From the NCBI GenBank assembly GCA_965200245.1, contig CBDATS010000015.1:64001-128000 (forward strand): DNA of 64,000 bases, read 5' to 3'. The position numbers were made by a program, and so were the translations under genes. A model generated the notes under the pieces. It searched no databases, was not told the origin of the DNA, and was given only the letters and a program-made list of their open reading frames with translations. This document shows positions 31,007 through 40,686 of this stretch, one piece after another (the first letter of the stretch is position 1; every line of letters begins with the position of its first letter). This DNA is from a bacterium (lineage in GTDB: Bacteria; UBA8248).

Positions 31007-31690
31007 ATGAAATACAATCCCAAAGCCGAATTCGCCAGAAATCTGGATGGACTCTCAGCACCTCGCCGGAGCATCACGTGGCGGCTCATCGGAATGTGTG
31101 TCAGCCTCGTTCTTGTCGTCTGGGTAATGGTGTATTTCGGCTCTCAGGGAGAGACGCCGACGCGTTCGGTGGTGAAGAAACAGGAACAGGCCAGACAGGC
31201 GAATCTCATGGGGGATGACGCCTCCCTGTACCGCGACATGAGCTTTCTCAAACAGGCGAAGCGTTCCGTGGCCCCGGACGTGATACTGAAAACACTGGAC
31301 GGGCAGAATCATTCTCTGAAACAGCACGCGGGCAAGCTCGTTCTGGTGAATTTCTGGGCGACCTGGTGCCAGCCCTGTATCCGGGAAATGCCCTCGATGG
31401 AGAGGCTGTATGCGCGGCACAAGCCACACGGTTTCGAGATCGTGGCGATATCGCTGGACCAAGGCAATGAGCAGGAAGTGCGCGAATTCGCTTCGAAGCT
31501 AAATCTGACGTTCCCCATCATCCTCGATCCCGATCACAAGGCCAAAGCACTCTATAAGGTGCGGGGCCTGCCGACGACCTATCTCCTGGACAGAAAAGGC
31601 CAGGTGGCCGGCTACGGCGTGGGACCCCGCGAATGGGACAGCGAGGCGGCCTTCGCCTTGGTGGGACATCTGCTTGATGAGAAAATCTGA
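31007..31690 (+). CDS. TlpA/ResA-like thiol:disulfide oxidoreductase
   Basis: N-terminal TM, VNFWATWCQPCIREMP, GLPTTY. Confidence 0.92.
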   Translation: MKYNPKAEFARNLDGLSAPRRSITWRLIGMCVSLVLVVWVMVYFGSQGETPTRSVVKKQEQARQANLMGDDASLYRDMSFLKQAKRSVAPDVILKTLDGQNHSLKQHAGKLVLVNFWATWCQPCIREMPSMERLYARHKPHGFEIVAISLDQGNEQEVREFASKLNLTFPIILDPDHKAKALYKVRGLPTTYLLDRKGQVAGYGVGPREWDSEAAFALVGHLLDEKI

Positions 31691-31694
31691 GCAT

Positions 31695-32282
31695 ATGGAA
31701 GTCTCCAAAAGCCCGGGTTCCGATCAGAGAAACGCGAAGCGTTTGGCCATATCGTTCATTCTGGCGCCTTTGCTGTTGACGCTGCTGTGGGCGGTGGGCG
31801 AGCGGCTTATGACCGAACGTGTGCAGGAGGCGCCTGCGCCCAATCTGGAAATCGGCGGTCGGGCACCCGATTTCGAATTTCCGGTTCTGGGCGGGGGACG
31901 CGTCTCTCTTTCAGGCCAAAAGAAAAAAGTGGTGCTCATCAACGTGTGGGCCACGTGGTGCGTCCCTTGTCTGGACGAGATGCCGGATTTGCAGCGACTC
32001 TATGAACGGATGAAAAGAAACGGCGCGCCGTTCGAGATACTGGCGGTGAGCATTGATGCCCTGGGAGCGGACGCGGTTGAGAGATTCGTTGATCGCTTCG
32101 GCCTCACGTTTCCGGTTCTTCTCGACCCGCGGGGGAGCATCAAGAAGCTCTACCGCACGACCGGTGTGCCGGAGACCTTCATTGTGGACGGTCAGGGTCG
32201 CCTTCAGCAGGAGATCATCGGCGTCCGCAAGTGGGACGCTCCCACGGTCGTCGACTATCTCGAACGAATGGCGCGGTCCTGA
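31695..32282 (+). CDS. TlpA/ResA-like thiol:disulfide oxidoreductase
   Basis: TM, INVWATWCVPCLDEMP, GVPETF. Confidence 0.92.
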   Translation: MEVSKSPGSDQRNAKRLAISFILAPLLLTLLWAVGERLMTERVQEAPAPNLEIGGRAPDFEFPVLGGGRVSLSGQKKKVVLINVWATWCVPCLDEMPDLQRLYERMKRNGAPFEILAVSIDALGADAVERFVDRFGLTFPVLLDPRGSIKKLYRTTGVPETFIVDGQGRLQQEIIGVRKWDAPTVVDYLERMARS

Positions 32283-32297
32283 AAGAACCTGCAAAAT

Positions 32298-33395
32298 CTA
32301 CAGTTCAAAGCCGAGTTCCAGTTCCTCGTTCAGCTTCTGCATCTGTTCGAGGACGGCGGGTGTGATGGGAATGCCGATGCGCCTGTTTTCCTCCTCGGCG
32401 ATGGCCTCGGGCTCACCGTGAATGTAGATGCGATCATGGCCCGGCGCCTTTTTCGCCCCCCGGATGGTGTCAAAGAGTTTTCCCATATCGACAAACATGG
32501 CGGAGAGTTCCCGGAAACCCGACATCTTGATCGCACCCATAAAATGGCCCGTGGCAGATTTCGCCGTTCCTGATGCGCCCGCCATGCGGCTTTCCAGCCC
32601 TGCGCCCGAGAGCACGCCACAGAGAAGTTCTATCATGAGTTGCAGGCCGTACCCCTTGTGGCCTCCATTCTCGTCACCCTCGCCGCCCAGGGGTGCGAGA
32701 GGTACCTCGTAGTTCAGAATGCTCTTCTCGTTGAGCGTGGGCGTTCCCATCGAGGAGAGAACCCAGCCCTTGGGGATTTCACGTCCCTCGCGCAGGGCCG
32801 TCTCAATCTTGCCGACAGCTGTTACGGCGGTGGCCATATCGAGGTGAAAATCAGTTCCTCCCGGACCGCTTGGTATCGCCACGCTCATCGGATTGGTGCC
32901 GAAAAGTGCCTCTCCCCCGAAAGTGGGGGCGGTGCGGCGTCCGCCGTTCGTCATGCTGATGCCGATGTAGCCCGCCTCCATCGCTTTTTTCGCCCAATAG
33001 CCGGCATACCCGAAATGGCTGCTGTTTCGGACGGTCACGAAACCCGAACCATGCTTTTCCGCCATGGCGAGGGCCTCGTCCATCGCACGGTTTGAAGCGA
33101 CGATGCCGATGGCGTCGTCCGCATCGAGAAGGCCGGTCGTGTCGCTACCCTTGTGAAATTTCATGTCTGGCCTGCTGTTGAGTACACCGTTTTCGAGGCG
33201 AACCATAAAGAAGGTCAGTCGTGCCGCACCGTGGCTGCGGATGCCTCTTAAATCGGCGCTGACCAATACTTTCGCCACCAGGCGGGCGTCGTCCTCGGGC
33301 ACATCCTTGCTGCGGAATATGGTGTAGACGAACTCTTCGATGACTTCGGCTGGGAACCGCACCGTACCTTCGGGCAGGGGACCGGACTCGACCAT
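32298..33395 (-). CDS. Ldh_2 family oxidoreductase, paralog 3
   Basis: ADLRGIRSHG, NSSHFGYAG, GTNPMS, GHKGYGL, IHGE. Confidence 0.9.
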   Translation of the reverse strand: MVESGPLPEGTVRFPAEVIEEFVYTIFRSKDVPEDDARLVAKVLVSADLRGIRSHGAARLTFFMVRLENGVLNSRPDMKFHKGSDTTGLLDADDAIGIVASNRAMDEALAMAEKHGSGFVTVRNSSHFGYAGYWAKKAMEAGYIGISMTNGGRRTAPTFGGEALFGTNPMSVAIPSGPGGTDFHLDMATAVTAVGKIETALREGREIPKGWVLSSMGTPTLNEKSILNYEVPLAPLGGEGDENGGHKGYGLQLMIELLCGVLSGAGLESRMAGASGTAKSATGHFMGAIKMSGFRELSAMFVDMGKLFDTIRGAKKAPGHDRIYIHGEPEAIAEEENRRIGIPITPAVLEQMQKLNEELELGFEL

Positions 33396-33571
33396 GAAAA
33401 CCTCCTCGGAAAAAAGTTGATTATTGATGATGCCTTGAATGCCGCGGCATCTTAGCCTGTATTTGCGTTTTTCGGGAAGCCTTGCACGGCATCGCCGCGC
33501 CTTGCGAGTAGCCCCTGCCTTTTGTCAAAATGCGTTTCTTTTCGGGATGTGTACTCTGAGACGGGGGAGAG

Positions 33572-34642
33572 GTGGAAGTGGCTCGCATTGCGGTGGTGCG
33601 CGGAGACGGAATAGCGAACGAGGTGATGCCCGAGGCGGAGGAGACACTCAAGGCGGCGGCCGATGCAGCCTCGTTTCAGGTGGAATTCGAATACTTCGAC
33701 TGGGGAAGCGATCGCTATCTGGAGCAGGGGAGGGGGATGCCCGAAGACGGCTGTGATACCTTGCGGGAGGGCTTCGACGCCGTGTTTCAGGGTGCCATCG
33801 GCGACCCGAGGGTCCCCGGATCCATTGTACAGGAACAGGTGATTCTCGGAGTCCGTTTCGGGCTGGATCTCTACGCCAACATCCGTCCTTGCAGGCTCTA
33901 CCATGAGGATCTGACACCGCTCAAGAACATGGGGGCAGGTGACATCGATCACGTCGTGGTACGTGAAAACACTGAGGGTCTTTTCGTGAACGTGGGAGGG
34001 TTTTTCAAGCAGGGCACGAAAGACGAAGTAGCCCTGCAGGAAGAGGTGCATACCTACAAAGGGGTGGAGCGCGTTATTCGGGCATCGTTCGGGTTTGCAA
34101 GGCGGCATAAGCGCAGAAAAGTCACCATGGCGGACAAGGCGAGCGGGCTGCGCTACGCGGGCGGAATTTGGCGGCGCGTGTTCGATGAAGTACGGGCAGA
34201 TTTCGAAGATATTGAATCTGAGGCGATGCACATCGACGCCGTGGCGATGGAGGTGATCCAGCACCCGTCGGAATTCGACGTTATCGTGACCAACAACATG
34301 TTCGGGGACATTCTGAGCGACATTACTTCGGGCTTGGTGGGCGGGCTGGGACTGGCACCTTCCGCGAACGTGAACCTGGAAGGCGTCTCGATGTTCGAGC
34401 CTGTCCACGGCACGGCGCCCGATATCTACGGACGCGGCATCGCAAACCCCATGGCGGCTATATTGACGGGCGCTCTCTTGCTGGAGCATCTAGGCTGCGG
34501 AGCGGGCGGAACCGCCATGCGGCGAGCGGTGGAGGAAGCCATAGCGCATGGCGAGCGCACGGCGGACATCGGAGGTCGTCTGAACACGAAAGAATGTGGC
34601 GATGCTATAAGAAATAGACTAGGAAATGATAGCTCAAAATAA
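33572..34642 (+). CDS. Isocitrate/isopropylmalate dehydrogenase family (LeuB or tartrate dehydrogenase-like)
   Basis: GDGIANEV, YANIRP, VRENTEG, NMFGDILSD, FEPVHGTAPDI. Confidence 0.88.
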   Translation: MEVARIAVVRGDGIANEVMPEAEETLKAAADAASFQVEFEYFDWGSDRYLEQGRGMPEDGCDTLREGFDAVFQGAIGDPRVPGSIVQEQVILGVRFGLDLYANIRPCRLYHEDLTPLKNMGAGDIDHVVVRENTEGLFVNVGGFFKQGTKDEVALQEEVHTYKGVERVIRASFGFARRHKRRKVTMADKASGLRYAGGIWRRVFDEVRADFEDIESEAMHIDAVAMEVIQHPSEFDVIVTNNMFGDILSDITSGLVGGLGLAPSANVNLEGVSMFEPVHGTAPDIYGRGIANPMAAILTGALLLEHLGCGAGGTAMRRAVEEAIAHGERTADIGGRLNTKECGDAIRNRLGNDSSK

Positions 34643-35047
34643 TCCACTGTTGTTGCGATGGCTGAGAAACAGGTCGACACTCATTCTGTGCCACAACAGA
34701 GGAGGCGACGACCCGACAGCCAGTGAGCACATTGCGGAGCCGTCGGAATCGGCAGGCAACGAATCCCAGTATTTCCAGACACCCGGGTAGAGTATCGTCT
34801 TGCAAAGGTGCTGGCGCGTCCTTTCCACGATATCTTGTGCGCTAGAGTCGTCAATCTCCGACAATAAAAGAACGCCCGCCATTGCGAAAAAAGGGCTCTC
34901 CTCGTGCAACAGAACATGCCCGTCAGGTAACTGCACTACATAGAAAGGCCAGCACCCGTCATCATCAACGAATGAGTTGAGAAACGTCAGGCCCTTGTCG
35001 ATTGCACTGCGCATGCAACGCAGTGTGTGAGAAGGGAGGTTCATCAC
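34634..35047 (-). pseudogene. Truncated class II terpene cyclase / prenyltransferase-squalene oxidase repeat-like protein
   Basis: AIDKGLTFL...DDDGCW QW-like motif; WKYW..LPADSDGSA at the DxDD position; ends after 137 aa at the leuB-like stop. Confidence 0.6.
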
Positions 35048-35059
35048 ACTCGGCTTTTC

Positions 35060-36196
35060 TCAAAACAGGAATTGCGCACCGGTATAAGCTTTTACCAACA
35101 CTTTTTGGTCTTGAACCACGAGTTTGAAGTGGTTCAGGCCCGACAGGAACGGGACAAACTCACCTTCATGGATGAAATATTCCCAGCGCGCCATTTTTTT
35201 GAGACCCTTGGCCTTGGAAGGCACACACCATCCCTCTGCCACACAAAGATCGATGAAATCGTGCTCGATATCGTATACCAGAGTCCGCCACGGCCGAGCG
35301 AAGTGCAATTCGAAACCGATACGCGGAGAAATGCTACTGCCGGTGACATCCAGGGCCACCGTCAGTCTTTCGAAGCCGAGGGAAGCCAACAACAATACAT
35401 CGGTGACAGTATCACATGGTCCTTCCCATCCAATACGGCCGAGATAATCTGCGACCTCACCGGGTGGCATGGGGAACAAAAAGCGAATTGCCCTGAATTT
35501 CCGGGCGGGTAGCACTCCGATATGGGTAATTCGAGCTCCGGCGGGCAATTCGTCTACGATGCGGAACGCCGTGCGGAACTCTTCCTTGTCTTCCTGCCAG
35601 TTCGCAGCGGCGCACGCAACCGCAACAATCACGCCGGAATTGGCGATCTGGTATGGTGGCACGTGGTCCGGCAAATCTTCCCTTTCGTCCACTGCGGGAG
35701 TCAGGAACAGGCCCGGAAGGAACTGATCACTGTCATTGCTGTCGATGATATCCCATTCCAGAAGGACTCTATCGAACCAGCGGGACAGGAAACTGTCGCG
35801 CCTCTGCAACTCATGCAACAGCCTGCCCAGGCTTCGATCGGTCGCGCAGGCCTCGTTGGACTGGCCGTGCTTGACCGGCCAGGCGGCGATCGGCGAATCG
35901 GGTGGCACATTCATAAAAAAGTCGCAGAGCGGTAGCGGGTCGTCCAGGCGCATCTCGAAACCGAACATCGAATGCGCAGCACAGGCAGGTAGCGTCGCCC
36001 CGCAAAGCGCAAGCCGTTCGAGGGCTTGCGAGCCAATCAGTTCGTCGGGCATGCACGATGCGGCACAACGGAGTGCCGCATCAAATGATCGAGTCTCATG
36101 GCTATCCTGCGCCGATGCCTTCCCTGTTTCCTTGCTGCTTATCGTCCGTCTTTCGCAAGGCACCGGGATACCTGACTTAGCCGGAGGCATACCCAT
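35060..36196 (-). CDS. Hypothetical protein, putative (ABBA-like) peptide prenyltransferase
   Basis: Intact ~378-aa ORF (start uncertain); FGFEMRL, LLEWD, LDV...PRIGFEL, NHFKL...VKAY; lies between NHLP precursor and cyclase-like gene. Confidence 0.55.
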   Translation of the reverse strand: MGMPPAKSGIPVPCERRTISSKETGKASAQDSHETRSFDAALRCAASCMPDELIGSQALERLALCGATLPACAAHSMFGFEMRLDDPLPLCDFFMNVPPDSPIAAWPVKHGQSNEACATDRSLGRLLHELQRRDSFLSRWFDRVLLEWDIIDSNDSDQFLPGLFLTPAVDEREDLPDHVPPYQIANSGVIVAVACAAANWQEDKEEFRTAFRIVDELPAGARITHIGVLPARKFRAIRFLFPMPPGEVADYLGRIGWEGPCDTVTDVLLLASLGFERLTVALDVTGSSISPRIGFELHFARPWRTLVYDIEHDFIDLCVAEGWCVPSKAKGLKKMARWEYFIHEGEFVPFLSGLNHFKLVVQDQKVLVKAYTGAQFLF

Positions 36197-36384
36197 TTGA
36201 GTCCGCACTGAAGTGGAAACGATCCGGTGACGCGGGCAGCATTTGGTTATATAGTATGTACATCGACAGATGTCGATGTTGCTTCTGGGTGAGCGACCAC
36301 ACGGAACTTGATCCAATCACAATGGATGAATTCATTCTTTCTCTTGGTAAGGGGAAGAATTGAACTGGAATACCCACCCTCGGT

Positions 36385-36537
36385 CTAGTAGATTCCTTCT
36401 CCGCCGCCGTATCCACCTGTAAGCTGCTCCATATCCTCATCTATTTCGGTCAACTTTATGGGGAAAGTTCTTGTCTGTGAATTCCATGAAACGGGAGACT
36501 GGTTCTGCCTTGCGTTTGATCAGGGATTCTCATTCAT
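36385..36537 (-). pseudogene. Decayed RiPP precursor remnant (double-glycine end, core YGGGEGIY)
   Basis: Reads PIKLTEIDEDMEQLTGG-YGGGEGIY*; upstream part broken by an in-frame TGA. Confidence 0.45.
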
Positions 36538-37059
36538 TTTCCAACCCTGCCCTTCTTCCCTTCCAGGGCTTCTCCACTGATAAACGGAGTTCTCATCAGG
36601 CTGACCGGTGAACGCGCCCAATAACCTTCAATTGCAGCAATACGGCTTCCAGGGCTCATACGTGTGTCTGCCATTCGTTCCCCTGTTCGCTTTATCTCGT
36701 TTTGAACCTCTCGAATATCTCCCTCATTCAGGTATGAATAAAGACTGTCAGGGCTATCCCTATACCTGTGAGAGTAAGTATATCCATACTCTCATCCCCA
36801 ATTTATTGAGGCGTTTGGTGTAGGCAATATATGAGAAGACGAGCGACTAGGTCAATCTCCGCGTCGGAATCAAGGCGCGGAGGTACAAGATTTGCGCAAA
36901 TGGCCGGTAGCGTTGATGCGCGACCCATTGTCCAGTTGTCTCGCACTGAACAGCTGCATGTCGTTCGGATGGACCGCCTCTGCCGATCCGGCCCGGAGAT
37001 AGTCCGGATTCAAGTGCTGGCAACGGATCTCATCGCCATGGAAGATACCGGATTGAGGC

Positions 37060-37241
37060 TGCGTGACAGCGGAGTCGATGAACCTTTCCGCGGCGTTCAG
37101 ACGACCCTGACGATGGCCACCCTGGCTGGGCTTCGCCCTGTGCCCGTCGTACTTCCGACCGGGAGTGTCACGGCTCTCCGCCTTCAACGCTTCTTCCACG
37201 ACCCGCACGCCTGCGAGGGACATGTGTGCGGGTTTGTTCAT
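37060..37241 (-). mobile_element. IS256-family transposase N-terminal remnant
   Basis: VVEEALKAESRDTPGRKYDGH...GHRQGRLNAAERFIDSAVTQ resembles the IS256 EEALEAE...GR.YY.H...RNG.R.GRLKTAEG.I motif; no DDE domain. Confidence 0.55.
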
Positions 37242-37323
37242 CGTTAATACCCCGGCCAGTCATAAAATCCGCCGTGGACGGACGTTAGCTGTTTTTCATC
37301 ATACAGGTAAGACCTGCGGAGAA

Positions 37324-37578
37324 TCAAAAAATATCGAGACGATATGCGCCATGAGCGCCTTCCAGCTCTTCCTCGGTGAGCCGGGGCGAAGGCGGAAGGA
37401 CGAGATAGCTGTTTTCGGCGTCGTCTTCCATCACATGCAGGTTGAAAGTCTCCGGCACCGCGATTCCGAACTCCCCGGATACCACGGCCCTCGGTTCGGA
37501 GATAAGACGGGCACGGAACTCCTCACTGTCGCCTGCCTTCCCGATCAGGTGCTCGCGCATCCCGGAAAGAGATTTCAC
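37324..37578 (-). CDS. NHLP-leader RiPP precursor, predicted core YRLDIF
   Basis: Leader differs from 5778-6023 at only 5 residues; GTG start, AGGAG RBS. Confidence 0.88.
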   Translation of the reverse strand: MKSLSGMREHLIGKAGDSEEFRARLISEPRAVVSGEFGIAVPETFNLHVMEDDAENSYLVLPPSPRLTEEELEGAHGAYRLDIF

Positions 37579-37983
37579 TTGGGTCTCCTGTCCTGGAGTA
37601 ACGAGTATGGTTTGATGCCCCGACGCTTTCGCCTTTTTGCATCGTCATCATGAACAGCGTATGGGATGTCCCGATGGGAAAGCAGGTAATTTTTGACGTT
37701 TTTCTGTTGAGAAACAGACTCTCGGAACCCTGTCCATAGTCCCCCTCTTCTCCCGGGAAACCGGCGGCCGAAGTAGCCATATTTCCAGAATGATGCCGTT
37801 ATGACCCCTCCTCCTGTGTGCAAAAGACGTTCCCTGTCTTGCAGGAAAGAGTCATGACGACTTCCGCACACAAATTCCGGAAGTGACGGTGATGTCCGTC
37901 TGCATGATGTTCAAAGGGTGATTGGGGCCGGTACGCAATATAAAGGGATTGGGACTTGCGGATTCAAGTGTGTAATTCCCCCA
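37343..37983 (-). repeat. 641-bp duplicated cassette, copy 2
   Basis: Reverse-complement match to 5373-6013. Confidence 0.95.
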
Positions 37984-38100
37984 AAACATCCCGATCAAAT
38001 CGCTCGGTTCATTTACGAAATCGAATATGCATATGAGGACGACTTCGAATGGATTAAGGTAGAATAGCCATGTGGAATTGTTCAAATATAAATTCAGGAG

Positions 38101-38466
38101 ATGAACATGCCGGAGAAATCAGTTGTGGACGTTGCAAAAGCGGACTTCAAGTCCGTGGCCTGGGGGCAGACAAAAATTCTGGTCAGCCCTGTAGTAAACG
38201 GTTCCGAACATGTGCGCGTTGGGCTGACGGAGTACGACCCTGCTACCCCGCATGAGCCACATGCGCACCCGGGTCAGGAGGAAGTTATCTGGGTGTTGAG
38301 TGGGCAGGGCTATACGGAGACGCATGGTGAGAAAATCGACCTGTATCCGGGGGCAGTGGCGTTCATCCCCGCAGGTATGGAGCACAAGACGGCGGCTGTC
38401 GGCGGAAAGATGCAGGCCATCATTATCAAGGGGCCGGTTCGGGACGCCGATGGTGTCTTGAGTTAG
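38101..38466 (+). CDS. Cupin domain protein
   Basis: HAHPGQEEVIWVLSGQG, FIPAGMEH. Confidence 0.9.
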   Translation: MNMPEKSVVDVAKADFKSVAWGQTKILVSPVVNGSEHVRVGLTEYDPATPHEPHAHPGQEEVIWVLSGQGYTETHGEKIDLYPGAVAFIPAGMEHKTAAVGGKMQAIIIKGPVRDADGVLS

Positions 38467-38525
38467 AAGGTACTGAAGAGAAGAGTGCCGCCCGCTTGGG
38501 AAGGTCGATGTCCCGGGGCGAGTTT

Positions 38526-39572
38526 TCAGGGAGCGGAAATCAAAACCCGATCGTCCTGGACTTCCAGTTTCGTTCCGAAAGGCTCGTTCAACGCGTTCAT
38601 GACGTCTACGATCCTGCGACCTGCGCCCCGGTTGGGAGAGTGAAGCCTGGGCCTGGAGAATACGCCGGCAGTCACGGGGATCAGATACGGTTCTTTCACC
38701 CCCGTTTTCGTCAGGGTACAACCGAACAGTAAGGTGTCGTGCGTTTCGTCGGTGAAGAAGGCGATGTCGAAGTCGAATATCAGATTTCCCATGCTGTAGA
38801 TGATGGGCACACCCTTGTAGAATTCAACAGCCTGGAGAACGTGCGGGTGACCGCCTAGAACCAGGTTCGCGCCTGCGGCGATGCTGGCGTGGGCGATTTC
38901 TCTCTCGAAGGCCATCACCTCGTGCGTCATGCTTGTTCCCCAGTGGTGGTTCACGATCACCAAGTCCGTATTTTTCCTTGAATTCCTGATGTCGCGCTTC
39001 ATGCGTGTCAGGTGAGCGGGTTCCGCCCAGGTGTCGATTCGCGGCGGGGTGCCCGGATATTCGGAAAGGTCGCGCCACGGACGGTAGGCCGTGTGTGCAC
39101 GGACAGGATTTACGCCCGGGCCGGCTGCCGTGGCCTCGAAACCTCTCGGGATGACGGAGGAATACGCAAGAAAGCTTATCCTGAGGCCCCCGCGCTCAAT
39201 CATAACTGGCTTTCTCGCCTGCGCCAGATTCATGCCGCCGCCCACAAGTTCGACGCCCAGGGAATTCATGAGCGACATGGTTTGCGCAAAGGCTTCTTCT
39301 CCATAGTCGAGAACATGATTGTTCGCAAAGGCCATGACGTCGAAACCGGCCTCTGTGAGGGCGTGGGCCATGTCCGGCGCGCCGCGGAGGAGAATTTTCT
39401 CTGGCGCTGGTTTCCCGTCACGGGAGAGGGGCAGTTCCAGGTTGGCGAATGTGACGTCCGCATTGCGGAGGAGGGGAATCAGATTACCGAAAGCACCTTT
39501 CGGATCCGCACGGTTTATCGCAATGTCTCCTCCCGCAGTAAGTGTGGGACCTGCTTGAGAGCGGGGGGACAT
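38526..39572 (-). CDS. CapA (PGA_cap) family metallophosphatase-like protein
   Basis: GGDI, ANLE, ANNHVLDYG, HHWG, GGHPHVLQ, YSMGN. Confidence 0.92.
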   Translation of the reverse strand: MSPRSQAGPTLTAGGDIAINRADPKGAFGNLIPLLRNADVTFANLELPLSRDGKPAPEKILLRGAPDMAHALTEAGFDVMAFANNHVLDYGEEAFAQTMSLMNSLGVELVGGGMNLAQARKPVMIERGGLRISFLAYSSVIPRGFEATAAGPGVNPVRAHTAYRPWRDLSEYPGTPPRIDTWAEPAHLTRMKRDIRNSRKNTDLVIVNHHWGTSMTHEVMAFEREIAHASIAAGANLVLGGHPHVLQAVEFYKGVPIIYSMGNLIFDFDIAFFTDETHDTLLFGCTLTKTGVKEPYLIPVTAGVFSRPRLHSPNRGAGRRIVDVMNALNEPFGTKLEVQDDRVLISAP

Positions 39573-39576
39573 ATAT

Positions 39577-40674
39577 CTATTCGGTGAGGCAAAGACCGTG
39601 GTCGGGCGTAAAGGAGAGATATACCTTCTGGCCGGTGTTCAGTTCCTCGAAGTGGTCGATTTGCACGCCCACCTCGTGTGGACCAACCTGGACCTGGCAG
39701 TCGAGAAAGTTACCCAGATATACGGTGTCGATAACCTCGCCTTCAATAAGGTTTATCGCATCGGCCGGTTTTTCGAGATGAAGCAGAAGGTCCTCGGGAC
39801 GGATACTCAGAATAATCCTGGCGCCTGCTGATGCGCCTTCTGCGCCGGTAGCCCTCAAGCGGACAGGAGCATTCCCCTCGCCGAGAGAAACTGCGACGTC
39901 CGTCAGGTTACCGTCGTGGCCGAGGAGTTCCCCTTCCAGAAGATTCGCCACACCGATGAAATTCGCCACGAACGCGTTCGTGGGTTCAGCGTAGATGGTC
40001 TCTGGATCGCCGATTTGCTGAATCACTCCCTTGTCCATTACCACGACCCTGTCGCTCATGACGAGCGCCTCTGTCTGGTCGTGTGTCACGTAGATTGAGG
40101 TAATGCCCACGTCGTGCTGCAGCCGCGTGAGTTCGATGCGCATCTGTTCGCGGAGTTTGGCGTCGAGGTTGCTCAACGGTTCGTCGAAAAGGACCACCTT
40201 GGGGTTGTAGACAATGGCGCGAGCCAGGGCGACGCGCTGGCGTTGCCCGCCGGAGAGTTTGGTAGCGTATCGCTCGGCGAGATGGCCAAGGCCCACAAGA
40301 TCGAGAGCCTTTGTCGTTTTCTCCTTGATTGAGGCCCTGGTTTCACGGCGGATTCTCAGGCCGTAGGCCACGTTGTCAAAGACCGTCATATGCGGCCAAA
40401 CAGCGTAGCTCTGGAACACCATGCCGAGGTTCCTTTCCTCAGGCGTGAGAAAAACCTCGTTCGCTACGGAAGTGACATAGTCGTCCTCGATTTGAATATC
40501 GCCGCTGTCGGGGTGTTCGAGGCCTGCGATGCACCTGAGTGTCGTCGTTTTCCCGCAGCCCGAAGGCCCAAGGAGCGTGACGAACTCACCCTGTTCGACG
40601 GACAAATCGATTCCCGCCACGGCCACTTCGGGCCCGAATGATTTCACCAGCTTTGTGATTTGGACGAATGACAC
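39577..40674 (-). CDS. ABC ATPase (FbpC/PotA-like, TOBE domain)
   Basis: GPSGCGKTT, LSGGQRQR, LFDEPLSNLD. Confidence 0.93.
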   Translation of the reverse strand: MSFVQITKLVKSFGPEVAVAGIDLSVEQGEFVTLLGPSGCGKTTTLRCIAGLEHPDSGDIQIEDDYVTSVANEVFLTPEERNLGMVFQSYAVWPHMTVFDNVAYGLRIRRETRASIKEKTTKALDLVGLGHLAERYATKLSGGQRQRVALARAIVYNPKVVLFDEPLSNLDAKLREQMRIELTRLQHDVGITSIYVTHDQTEALVMSDRVVVMDKGVIQQIGDPETIYAEPTNAFVANFIGVANLLEGELLGHDGNLTDVAVSLGEGNAPVRLRATGAEGASAGARIILSIRPEDLLLHLEKPADAINLIEGEVIDTVYLGNFLDCQVQVGPHEVGVQIDHFEELNTGQKVYLSFTPDHGLCLTE

Positions 40675-40686
40675 GCTATGTATCCT

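Noticed and set aside
5373-37983. The two inverted 641-bp copies as ends of a composite transposon or invertible segment
   Set aside because: Copies are diverged and encode a peptide precursor; no intact transposase or recombinase, and the enclosed DNA is ordinary chromosome
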